Position numbers and translations under genes: made by a program
The notes under the pieces: model-generated
What the model saw: only the letters and a program-made list of their open reading frames with translations
Told to the model about the DNA's origin: nothing
Databases searched by the model: none
Part shown: positions 54,733-63,214 of the stretch, piece after piece
Layout: each line of letters starts with the position of its first letter
How positions within the stretch are numbered: the stretch's first letter is position 1
Assembly: GCA_048500095.1 (NCBI GenBank)
Contig: JASNYQ010000002.1
Coordinates: forward strand, 653,532 to 717,531
Direction of reading: 5' to 3'
Source of the DNA: Thermoanaerobaculia bacterium
GTDB lineage: Bacteria > Acidobacteriota > Thermoanaerobaculia > Multivoradales > JAGPDF01
Length of the DNA stretch: 64,000 bases

Positions 54733-57027
54733 ATGAGGGAATCTCGCAGCCGGCGAACCCTGGCTCTCGTCGTGGCGGCCGCCTTCGCGACCGCCGGAGC
54801 GACGATCGCCCAACCTCCAGCAGCCGATCCGTCCGCCCCTCCCGCCGCCGAACCGGCCCCGGCCGCTGCGGCAGCGGTGCTCGACGAGATCGTCGTCACC
54901 GCCCAGAAGCGCGAGGAGGACCTCCAGGAGGTTCCGATCTCGATCACCGTGCTGGACGTCGAGAAGCTCGACGTCCTCACCGCCGCCGGCGCCGACGTCA
55001 AGTTCCTCTCCGGCCGCGTGCCGAGCCTCACTCTCGAGTCCTCGTTCGGCCGCGCCTTCCCCCGCTTCTACATCCGCGGCCTCGGCAACACCGACTTCGA
55101 CCTGAACGCGTCGCAGCCGGTGTCGATGATCGTCGACGAGGTGGTGCTCGAGAACCCGGTGGTCAAGGGGATGCCGCTCTTCGACCTGGAGCGCACCGAG
55201 GTGCTGCGCGGGCCGCAGGGGACGCTCTTCGGCCGCAACACCCCGGCCGGCATCGTGAAGTTCGACACCCGCAAGCCGACGCGGGCGTTCGAGGGCTACG
55301 TGCGCGCCTCCTACGGGACGTTCGACAACGTCGACTTCAAGGCGGCGGTGGGCGGGGGCCTGAGCGAGACCCTCTCGGCCCGCGCCTCGGTCCTCTACCA
55401 GTCGCAGTCCGACTGGATCGACAACCGCCACACCGGCGAGAACAACGCCCTGGGTGGCCACGAGACCTGGGCCTACCGCCTGCAGCTGCTCTGGCAGCCG
55501 AGCGAGAGCTTCTCCGGCCTCTTCAACGTCCACGGCTGGGAGCTCGACGGGACGGCGCGGATCTTCCGCGCCAACATCCTGAAGCCTGGCACCAATCAGC
55601 TGGTGGCCGGCTTCGAACAGGACGAAGTCTGGTTCGACGGCCTCAACGATCAGGAGATCTCCGCCCAGGGTGCGACCGTGAAGCTCGAGTGGGATCTCGG
55701 CGGGGCCAGTCTGACCTCGGTCACCGGCTACGAGACCCTCGACATGTACAGCCGGGGCGACATCGACGGCGGCTTCGGCGCGGTCTTCGCGCCCCCCTCC
55801 GGCCCCGGCGTCATCCCCTTCCCCTCCGAGTCGGCCGACGGCTTGCCCGATCTCGACCAGTTCACGCAGGAGCTGCGGCTCGCGAGCACCCCGGGGGGCC
55901 GGACCGACTGGCTCCTCGGGTTCTTCTGGTTCGACGAGGCGATCACGGTCGAGAGCTTCAGCTACGACACCCTCGGCGGCAACGTCCAGGACGGCTACGC
56001 GGTGCAGAAGCAGGACGCCACCTCGTGGGCTCTCTTCGGCTCGTTCGACTTCCGCCCTGCCGAGCGCTGGACCCTGAAGGCCGGCGCCCGCTACACGAAA
56101 GACGAGAAGGAGTTCTCCGCCGAGCGGATCGACCCCACCTTCCAGACGCCGACGGTACGGCCGATCGAGGTGGAGACCGACGCCGACCTCGCGACCTGGG
56201 ACCTTTCGGCCACTTGGGCCGCGAGCGAGCGGGTGAACCTCTACACCCGCGTCGGCACCGGCTTCCGGGCGCCCTCGATCCAGGGACGGATCCTCTTCTG
56301 CGCCGACTTCGAGGGTGGGACCAACCCGGCCACCAACTGCGTCTCGGTGGCCGACGAGGAGGAGATCCTCTCCTTCGAGGTCGGCACCAAGATGCAGCTG
56401 CTCGACAACCGCTTGCGCCTCAACCTGGCCGGCTATACCTATGCGGTCGACGGTCAGCAGATCGTCGCCGTCGGCGGAAGGTACAACACCGCGACCCTCC
56501 TCAACGCCGACGAGTCCAACGGCTACGGCTTCGAAGCCGATCTCGACTTCGCGCCCAGCAACCTCTGGCTGATCACCCTGGGGGCGAGCTACAACAAGAC
56601 CGAGATCGACGACCCCAACCTCCTCGTCGCGCCCTGCGGCGGCGGCTGCACCGTCCTCGACCCGATCGTCGGCGGCCTCGCGCGCGTCGACGGCAACCCG
56701 CTGCCCCATGCTCCGGAGTGGATCTTCAACGGCCTCGTCGACTTCCGCCTGCCGGTCGGGGACTCGCTGTTCACGGCGAGCGTCGACTGGGCCTACCACG
56801 ACGAGAAGAACTTCTTCCTCTACGAGTCGCGGGAGTTCCGCGCCGACTCCTTCGAGCTGGGAGCCAGGATCGGCTGGGTCTTCCCCGAGGCGCGCTACGA
56901 GGTCAACCTCTTCGCGCGCAACCTCACCGACGAAATCGTGGTCCAGAACGGCATCGACTTCAACAACCTCACCGGCATGACGAACGAGCCGCGGATCATC
57001 GGGCTGGAGCTCGTCGCGCGGTTCTGA
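54733..57027 (+). CDS. TonB-dependent outer-membrane receptor
   Basis: Signal peptide. Plug domain LDEIVVTAQKREEDLQEVPISITVL. Beta-barrel. C-terminal ...GLELVARF with terminal aromatic. Confidence 0.85.
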   Translation: MRESRSRRTLALVVAAAFATAGATIAQPPAADPSAPPAAEPAPAAAAAVLDEIVVTAQKREEDLQEVPISITVLDVEKLDVLTAAGADVKFLSGRVPSLTLESSFGRAFPRFYIRGLGNTDFDLNASQPVSMIVDEVVLENPVVKGMPLFDLERTEVLRGPQGTLFGRNTPAGIVKFDTRKPTRAFEGYVRASYGTFDNVDFKAAVGGGLSETLSARASVLYQSQSDWIDNRHTGENNALGGHETWAYRLQLLWQPSESFSGLFNVHGWELDGTARIFRANILKPGTNQLVAGFEQDEVWFDGLNDQEISAQGATVKLEWDLGGASLTSVTGYETLDMYSRGDIDGGFGAVFAPPSGPGVIPFPSESADGLPDLDQFTQELRLASTPGGRTDWLLGFFWFDEAITVESFSYDTLGGNVQDGYAVQKQDATSWALFGSFDFRPAERWTLKAGARYTKDEKEFSAERIDPTFQTPTVRPIEVETDADLATWDLSATWAASERVNLYTRVGTGFRAPSIQGRILFCADFEGGTNPATNCVSVADEEEILSFEVGTKMQLLDNRLRLNLAGYTYAVDGQQIVAVGGRYNTATLLNADESNGYGFEADLDFAPSNLWLITLGASYNKTEIDDPNLLVAPCGGGCTVLDPIVGGLARVDGNPLPHAPEWIFNGLVDFRLPVGDSLFTASVDWAYHDEKNFFLYESREFRADSFELGARIGWVFPEARYEVNLFARNLTDEIVVQNGIDFNNLTGMTNEPRIIGLELVARF

Positions 57028-57051
57028 GCCCCCTGGCCGGCGGCCGGGCGC

Positions 57052-57828
57052 TCAGCGTCCTGCCGCCGGCACCGGCGCCGGCAGCGCGAGGTTCCGGTCC
57101 GCGTCGCCGATGGCGCCGGTCTGCAGGTTGAACGGGAGGTGGCCGGTGTCCCCCACGGCCACCACCCGCACCCTCCCTCCCTCCTCCACCACGATCCGGG
57201 TGAGGCTGGCGTGCCCCACCGAGAGCACCAGCCAGGCCTCCGGATCGACCTCGAGGGCGCGGGTGACCAGCCACCGGATCACGTTGCCGTGGCAGACCAC
57301 GAGCTCGCGGCGCTCGCCGGCCGGCGCGGGGCGCAGCAGGACCGCCGCGAGCCGCTCGAGCTGGGCCCGGCAGGCGGCGAGGTCCTCCGGCTTCTCCCCT
57401 TCCATGACGTCGAGCCGGCGCGTGGGCGGCGTGCACTCGGCCAGGTCGGCGAGCGGCTCGACCGGCAGGCGCAGGTCCGAGGCCAGCACCGCCGCCGTCT
57501 CGCGGGCGCGCGTGAGCGGGCTCGCGAGCACGGCGTCGAAGGCGAACGGCAGGGCGCGCAGCCGCGCGCCGAGCAGGCGGGCCTGGGCGACGCCGATCGG
57601 CACCAGCCCCCGGCCGACCAGCTCGTCGCGCGGATCGGCCTCGTCGTAGGCGCCGTGGCGCACCAGCCAGAGCTCGCGCCGGCCGGGGCCGGGCGCGTTG
57701 TCGGCCGCGGCCTGGGCGGCCGAGAGCCAGGCGCCGGCGATGGCCAGGCCGAGCGCGACGGGGCGAAGGCGGCGGGTCGGGATCACGGCGGGCCTCCTCT
57801 GCGGACGACCCGACTCTATCGCTCGCAC
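57052..57828 (-). CDS. Secreted histidine phosphatase family protein (phosphoglycerate-mutase-like)
   Basis: Signal peptide. RHG catalytic motif in LWLVRHGAY. Second His in VVCHGNVIRW. The true start may be a downstream codon. Confidence 0.7.
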   Translation of the reverse strand: MRAIESGRPQRRPAVIPTRRLRPVALGLAIAGAWLSAAQAAADNAPGPGRRELWLVRHGAYDEADPRDELVGRGLVPIGVAQARLLGARLRALPFAFDAVLASPLTRARETAAVLASDLRLPVEPLADLAECTPPTRRLDVMEGEKPEDLAACRAQLERLAAVLLRPAPAGERRELVVCHGNVIRWLVTRALEVDPEAWLVLSVGHASLTRIVVEEGGRVRVVAVGDTGHLPFNLQTGAIGDADRNLALPAPVPAAGR

Positions 57829-57874
57829 CCTTGCCGGCCACGGGGTCGATCGGGGTGCTGCGCCGGTGGCCGGC

Positions 57875-59341
57875 TCAGGGGTTCTTGGCGCTCCAGGGAG
57901 GAACCAGTGTGCCGCCCTCGAAGCCGTCGGCGAACAGGGTGAAGGCGAGGCAGATGGGGTTGCCGGCGGCGGCGCTCGCCACGTGGGCGGCCATCACCTG
58001 CGGCACCCGGTTGGCGAGGACGCCGTACGGGTGCGTGAGCCCGAGCGTGAGGCTGAGGCTGGTGTAGCCGCCCACCGGCGGCAGGTGGCAGTAGCTCATG
58101 ATGGTGCCGTTACCCATACCCGGGGTGCCGCCGATCACGGTGCCGACGCCCGGCACGCCCGCCGTGCCCGCATAACAGCCGGCCTCCCCGCTCTGGCAGC
58201 CGTCGATCGGATCCACGTGGCCGACCCCGTTGTAGCAGTGGCTGTGCGGCGACCCGAAGTTGTGACCGATCTCGTGGCTCGAGGCGTAGATGTCCCACAT
58301 CACCGTGGGGTTCTGCGGGTCGAAGGTCCCGCTCACCGCTCCCACGTAGCTGTACTCCCCCCCGTAGTTGGAGAGCTGCGGCGTGAGGCCGGGGCAGGCG
58401 CCCCCGTGGTCGTACGGGAAGGGCCCCCAGCAGAGCACCCCGGTCCAGGCCATGCCGCCGCCGCTCGCGCGCCCGCTGAGCTGGTGCACGAGCGTGCGCT
58501 GCACGGCGGTTCGGTTGTCGTTCCAGTACTTGCCGAGTTGCATCAGGGCGCAGAACGAGGTCGTCTGGTTCCAAGGGTCGGCAGCGGTCGTCCAGAGGCT
58601 GAGGTGGGAGACGAGCAGCGGTGTTCCGATCTCGTTGCCGTAGATCGTCGAGGCGTAGCCGATCAGGCCGAGCGCGTAGGCCACGGCGCCGCTCACGCTG
58701 CCGAAGAGGGCGTAGTACTCGTAGTCGGTCTCCACGGCCACCCGCGCCAGGTGGGCCGGGGCCGCGGTGGGCAGCACCGGGGGCGGCGCCATCTCCGGCC
58801 CCCCGGCGCCGGGTGGCAGGAGCGCCCCCTCGCACTCGAACACGCGGGCGGGGAGGTCCAGATCGCGCACCGGATCGGCTGCCGCGAGCTCGAGATCGCC
58901 GCCGCGCTCGCGCAGCAGCCAGTGCTCCGCCCCCGCGCTCACGACACCCCGCACCTCGCCCTCGGTGTCGAGGGTGAAGAAGGCGCGACTCCCGGGCTCC
59001 CCGCGGATGGAGCCGGCGAAGGCGCGGAAGAACGGAAAGGGCTCGCGCCGTGCCCCCACTTCGCCGTGGACGAGGAGCACCGCGTCGGCGGCGAGGACGC
59101 GGAGCGGGGCGAGGTCGAGAGTGCTCGGGGGCGCGCCCGGGCGCAGGGAGACGCCGGTCAGCGAGAAGGGGCCGGGCTCCGGCCCGGCGAGCCGGTCGGC
59201 CAGCACCCCGGGGGCGAGCTCGAGCGGCTCGCCGGCAGCGAGAGGAGCCGTGACCGGGAGAGAGAGGAGGGCGACGACGAGGAGAATCCGCAGCGCCGCG
59301 CGCCGGGGCGCGGAGCCCGGCCGGTGGAGGAGCTCGAGCAT
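57875..59341 (-). CDS. Secreted reprolysin-like (M12B-type metzincin) zinc metalloprotease, paralog 1
   Basis: Signal peptide. Propeptide-like N-domain. Catalytic domain opens ARVAVETDYEYYALFG (compare ELVVVADH in reprolysins). Zinc site HEIGHNFGSPHSHC. Met-turn MSY. Conserved tail LFADGFEGGTLVPPWSAKNP. Start position is uncertain by one nucleotide. Confidence 0.75.
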   Translation of the reverse strand: MLELLHRPGSAPRRAALRILLVVALLSLPVTAPLAAGEPLELAPGVLADRLAGPEPGPFSLTGVSLRPGAPPSTLDLAPLRVLAADAVLLVHGEVGARREPFPFFRAFAGSIRGEPGSRAFFTLDTEGEVRGVVSAGAEHWLLRERGGDLELAAADPVRDLDLPARVFECEGALLPPGAGGPEMAPPPVLPTAAPAHLARVAVETDYEYYALFGSVSGAVAYALGLIGYASTIYGNEIGTPLLVSHLSLWTTAADPWNQTTSFCALMQLGKYWNDNRTAVQRTLVHQLSGRASGGGMAWTGVLCWGPFPYDHGGACPGLTPQLSNYGGEYSYVGAVSGTFDPQNPTVMWDIYASSHEIGHNFGSPHSHCYNGVGHVDPIDGCQSGEAGCYAGTAGVPGVGTVIGGTPGMGNGTIMSYCHLPPVGGYTSLSLTLGLTHPYGVLANRVPQVMAAHVASAAAGNPICLAFTLFADGFEGGTLVPPWSAKNP

Positions 59342-59430
59342 GGCGACCTCCCGGGTTGCCCCTCCATGGTCCTCCTCTTCCGGGACGGGCGCAAGGGGAG
59401 GCGCCCGGGACGTGGCCGGTGCTGCCGCCG

Positions 59431-60531
59431 TCAGCGGACGACTTCGCGCGCCAGCGAGAAGAGGTCGGCGAGCACGCCGGCGGCGGTCATCTCCACCCCG
59501 GCCCCCTTCCCGCCGATCACGAGCGGCTCGTCGTCGTAGCGCGCGGTGCGCAGGGCCACGTGTTTGAGGCCGGCGAGCGGGCTCGCCACCGGCACCGCCT
59601 CGAGACCGGCGCGGCCCCGCCCGGCGGCCGCCCGCGCGACGTAGCGCAGGCGCGCCCCCGCATTCCTGGCTCCGGCCGCTCGTGCCGCCATCGGCCCGTC
59701 GAGATCGACGAGGGCTTCCAGGAACTCGCGAACCGGCAGCGCGTCGAGCGCCGGCGGGACGAGCCGCTCGACCTCGACGTCCCCCTCCTCCATCTCCCAA
59801 CCCGCGAGGCGGCCGAGGATCAGGAGCTTGCGCACCACGTCCCGGCCGCCGAGGTCCTCGCGCGGGTCGGGCTCGGTGAAGCCGCGCGCCGCCGCCTCGC
59901 GGACCGCGGACGAGAACGCGACGCCCTCCTCCAGGCGGTTGCAGAGGAAGCCGAGGGTGCCGCTGAGCTCGCCCGAGACCTCGCGCGGCGGATCGCCGGT
60001 GTCGACCAGGGTGCGCATCGTGGCGATCACCGGCTGGCCGCCGCCCACCGTCGACTCGTGGCGCACCCGCGGGTGGTGGAAGTAGCGGCGCGCCGTCGCC
60101 CAGGGGCCGGCGAGCGCCTTCTTGTTCGCGAGCGCCAGCGCCCAGCCGAGGTCGAGAGCGCGGTCGAGGAGCGGCTCGAGGCCGGCGGCGGCGGTGGTGT
60201 CGACGAGGATCCCCTGGCGGTGGCCGCACCCCACGAGCTCGCCGACGCGCGCGATCGCCGCGCCCGGCGTCCCGTCCCAGGGCACGCCCACCGGCTCGCC
60301 CCGCTGCTTCGCCGCGAGCTGCGCGAGGAGATCGGCATCCGCGAGGCCGTCCGGTGCGAGCAGGGCGCCGCGGCGGTCGGCGAGCCCCACGACCTCGAAG
60401 CGGCAGCCCGCGCGCGCCGCCGCGCTCCCCCGCCCCTCGACGATCTGGCGCACGAGGGCGGCGCCGACGCCGCCCACCCCGAGCACGAACACCGGCACCG
60501 GGCAGAGGGCGCCCCGCTGCGATCCGATCAT
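59431..60531 (-). CDS. hom: Homoserine dehydrogenase (short form, no ACT domain)
   Basis: NAD-binding VFVLGVGGVGAALVRQ. Catalytic-domain blocks LVDTTAAAGLEPLLDRALDLGW, GTLGFLCNRLEEG, FTEPDPREDLGGRDVVRKLLIL. Confidence 0.85.
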   Translation of the reverse strand: MIGSQRGALCPVPVFVLGVGGVGAALVRQIVEGRGSAAARAGCRFEVVGLADRRGALLAPDGLADADLLAQLAAKQRGEPVGVPWDGTPGAAIARVGELVGCGHRQGILVDTTAAAGLEPLLDRALDLGWALALANKKALAGPWATARRYFHHPRVRHESTVGGGQPVIATMRTLVDTGDPPREVSGELSGTLGFLCNRLEEGVAFSSAVREAAARGFTEPDPREDLGGRDVVRKLLILGRLAGWEMEEGDVEVERLVPPALDALPVREFLEALVDLDGPMAARAAGARNAGARLRYVARAAAGRGRAGLEAVPVASPLAGLKHVALRTARYDDEPLVIGGKGAGVEMTAAGVLADLFSLAREVVR

Positions 60532-60565
60532 CCGAAGTCCTCCGGTCGAGATCCCCTCGGGCCGC

Positions 60566-62017
60566 CTACGGCCGCTTGGCGCTCCAGGGCGGGACGAGGC
60601 CGGTCTCGAAGCCGTCCGTGAAGAGGGAGGGGATGAAGCAGGACGGGTTGGCGGCGGCACGGCTCGCGACGTGGGCCTGCATCACGGCCGGCACCCGGCT
60701 CGCCAGCACGCCGTAGGGGTGGGTCGTGCCGAAGGTCATCGTCACGTTCGAATAGCCGCCGCCGCGCAGGTGACAGTAGCTCATGATCGTGCCGTTTCCC
60801 TGGCCGGAGGTCCCCCCGATGACGGTGCCGATCCCGGGCAATCCCGCGGTGCCGCTGTAGCACCCCGACTCCGTGTTGTAGCAGCCGTCGATCGGGTTCG
60901 CGTTGCCGCCGACGTTGTTGTAGCAGTGGGTGTGGCGGGAGGCGAAATTGTGGCCCATCTCGTGGGCCGAGGCCATGATGTCCCACATCACCGTCGGGTT
61001 CGCGGGGTTGAACGAGCCGCTGATCGAGCCGACGAAGCTGTAGGCGCCGCCGTAGTTCGAGGACTGCGGCGTGAGGTTCGGGCAGCTGCCCCCGTGGCTG
61101 GTGGTGAATGCACCCGAGCAGAGGACGCCCACCCACGCGATGCCGCCTCCCGTTCCCTTGCCGCTCAGCATGTGCGCGAGGGTCCGTGGGATCGAGCCCT
61201 GGTTGTTGTTCCACCAACGGCCGAACTCGAAGAGGGCGCAGTAGGAGCCGGTCTCGTTCCACGGGTCGGAGGAGGTCGTCCGGAGACTCACGTGGGACAC
61301 CAGGAGCGACGTCGAGATCTCGGCTGCGTAGACCGTGGAGGAGTACCCGAGCAGGCCGTAGATGTAGGCGATCGCGTTGGACACGTTGTTGAACTTGGCG
61401 TAGTACTCGAAGTCGGTTTCCACCGCCACGCGGGCCGTGTACTGGGCACCCGCCTCCGGAGCGACCGGGGCCGACGGAGCATCCACGGCCCCGATCGCTT
61501 CGAGTGCAGAGCCGGGAACCTCCAGCGCCCCGTCGCAGGCGAAGCCGCCCGACGCCTCGGGAAGGTAGCGGGCGTCGACCGCGGCGAGGGCGAGATCGCC
61601 GCCGAAGTCCTGGAACAGCCAGTGCTCGGCGCCGGAGCTCACCACGCCGCGCACCTCGCCGTCCTCGAGCACGGTGACGACGGCGCGGCTCCCGGCTTCG
61701 CCGCGGATCTCGCCCGCGAACTGCCGGTGGCGCGGGAAGGGCACGATCTCGGCGCCACGCTCGCCGTGGACGACGAGCTGCGCGTCGGCGGCGAGGATCT
61801 GCTGCGGCCAGAGGTCGAGCACCGCCGGCGCCTCGCCGTCGCGCAGCGGCACGGCGGTCACCGCCACCCGCCCGGCCTCCGGCGCGAAGGCCAGCGACGC
61901 GAGCTCGCCGGTGGCGAACTCGATCTCGAAGGCAGCGCCCTCCAGGGCCACCGTGCCGCCGGGCAGGGCCGAGAAGACGACCAGGACGAGGATGAGGGAA
62001 CGGACCGGATGGCGCAT
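60566..62017 (-). CDS. Secreted reprolysin-like (M12B-type metzincin) zinc metalloprotease, paralog 2
   Basis: About 65% identical to paralog 1 over the catalytic domain. HEMGHNFASRHTHC. MSY Met-turn. Tail LFTDGFETGLVPPWSAKRP. Signal peptide MRHPVRSLILVLVVFSALPG. Confidence 0.75.
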   Translation of the reverse strand: MRHPVRSLILVLVVFSALPGGTVALEGAAFEIEFATGELASLAFAPEAGRVAVTAVPLRDGEAPAVLDLWPQQILAADAQLVVHGERGAEIVPFPRHRQFAGEIRGEAGSRAVVTVLEDGEVRGVVSSGAEHWLFQDFGGDLALAAVDARYLPEASGGFACDGALEVPGSALEAIGAVDAPSAPVAPEAGAQYTARVAVETDFEYYAKFNNVSNAIAYIYGLLGYSSTVYAAEISTSLLVSHVSLRTTSSDPWNETGSYCALFEFGRWWNNNQGSIPRTLAHMLSGKGTGGGIAWVGVLCSGAFTTSHGGSCPNLTPQSSNYGGAYSFVGSISGSFNPANPTVMWDIMASAHEMGHNFASRHTHCYNNVGGNANPIDGCYNTESGCYSGTAGLPGIGTVIGGTSGQGNGTIMSYCHLRGGGYSNVTMTFGTTHPYGVLASRVPAVMQAHVASRAAANPSCFIPSLFTDGFETGLVPPWSAKRP

Positions 62018-62100
62018 CGGGGACTCCTCCGATCCGTTGATGATCTCGCATCAGCCCCCCTCTCCGCTGCGGAGCAGTTCACTCCCCGGCCGGAAAGCCG

Positions 62101-62295
62101 CCGAAGGGTGCCGAAGGGTGCCAGGCGACTTTCGGCCCCCCCGCCAGGGTGCCAGGCGATTCTCGGCCCCGAAGGGTGCCAGGCGACTTTCGGCCCCCCT
62201 GCCAGGGTGCCAGGCGATTCTCGGCCCCCGGGGAGTGGTGGAAGGTGCTGGTGGAAGGTGCCAGGCGATTTCCGGGATTCTCGGCCCCCGAAGGT
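62101..62295. repeat. About 5 copies of a 28-30-bp tandem repeat (gggtgccaggcgaYtYtcggcccc core, two alternating variants) plus short local duplications
   Basis: Cores at about 62116, 62146, 62173, 62203 and 62257. Also ccgaagggtg x2 and ggtggaaggtgc x2. Lies in the 380-bp region upstream of metzincin paralog 2 (minus strand) and downstream of the HxlR gene. Confidence 0.85.
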
Positions 62296-62399
62296 GCTGC
62301 CCGACAAAGTGCCAGCCGACTTACTGAGATCTATCGATCTACTCGGGCTATCCGGGAGGTGCGGCTGCCTCGCAGCGGATTCGAGGCGAGGCGTCCCAC

Positions 62400-63080
62400 C
62401 TACGCCGGCGGGATCGGGGCAAAGAGGCTCCGCGCGAGCCACTCGGGGAGCGAGCGCTGGAGCCACCGAGGGCCGTCGAGATGCAGCTCCCCGCTCGCGG
62501 CGAGGTCCCGCCACGCGCGGCGCCCCAACCAGAAGCCGGTCAGGCCCCGGAGTGAGGTCGTAACCGCGAGGCCGACCTCGAAGCCGGGGTCGGTCATGCA
62601 GATGTCGGCCTCACCATCGCCGACCAGCAGCCACCAGCGGCGGCGCGGCCCCTCGACCCCGGTGAAGTCGAAGCGGACGACGACCCTCTCGGCTGGCAGC
62701 GCTTCGCGGACCAGCCGGCGGCGGATGTCCCACATGAGCAGCGACGGGTCGAGGTCCTCGTCGCGGAGGTCGCGCACGATCCAGCGCTGTCCCCAGACGC
62801 CGAGCCCCTCGATGACCGGCCGGAGCTCCTCGCCGGCCGGGCTCAGGTGGTACTCCTCCACCTTCTGGCCGACCACCCGGCGGCGCTCCACGACGCCCGC
62901 GCGCTCGAGCTCCTTGAGTCGCTTGGCGAGCAGCGAGCGGGACATCAAGGGCACACCCCGGCAGATCTCGTTGAACCGGTGGCTGCCCGAGAGGAGCTCA
63001 CGCAGGACGAGCGGAGTCCAGCGCTCGGCGAGCACCTCCGAGGCCTTCGCGACCGGGCAGAACTGGCCGTAGTGGGTCAC
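62400..63080 (-). CDS. HxlR-family winged-helix transcriptional regulator with C-terminal extension
   Basis: MTHYGQFCPVAKASEVLAERWTPLVLREL...NEICRGVPLMSRSLLAKRLKELERAGVV is the canonical HxlR/DUF24 HTH. About 110 extra C-terminal residues. Confidence 0.8.
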   Translation of the reverse strand: MTHYGQFCPVAKASEVLAERWTPLVLRELLSGSHRFNEICRGVPLMSRSLLAKRLKELERAGVVERRRVVGQKVEEYHLSPAGEELRPVIEGLGVWGQRWIVRDLRDEDLDPSLLMWDIRRRLVREALPAERVVVRFDFTGVEGPRRRWWLLVGDGEADICMTDPGFEVGLAVTTSLRGLTGFWLGRRAWRDLAASGELHLDGPRWLQRSLPEWLARSLFAPIPPA

Positions 63081-63214
63081 CGGCGCATGCTAGACCCACC
63101 GGCATCTCCAGTCCATTTCTCGAACCGCATCCGTCCAGAAAGCGAACTGGATGCGCCGCCTCCACCCTGCCAGAGTCCCCGGAACGCCCCGCGAGGAGGG
63201 GCAAGGAGGCACCA

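Noticed and set aside
57875-60229. Single 784-aa protease ORF extending over the hom gene region
   Set aside because: The N-terminal 296 residues are Arg/Gly-rich junk antisense-frame to hom. A proper signal peptide begins at the internal Met (MLELLHRPGSAPRRAALRILLVVALL), so the gene was trimmed to start there.
62101-62295. CRISPR-like periodic repeats
   Set aside because: The repeat units abut each other (period about 28-30 bp) with no unique spacers of 25-40 bp. There are no cas genes in the window. It is better described as a tandem minisatellite in a promoter region.
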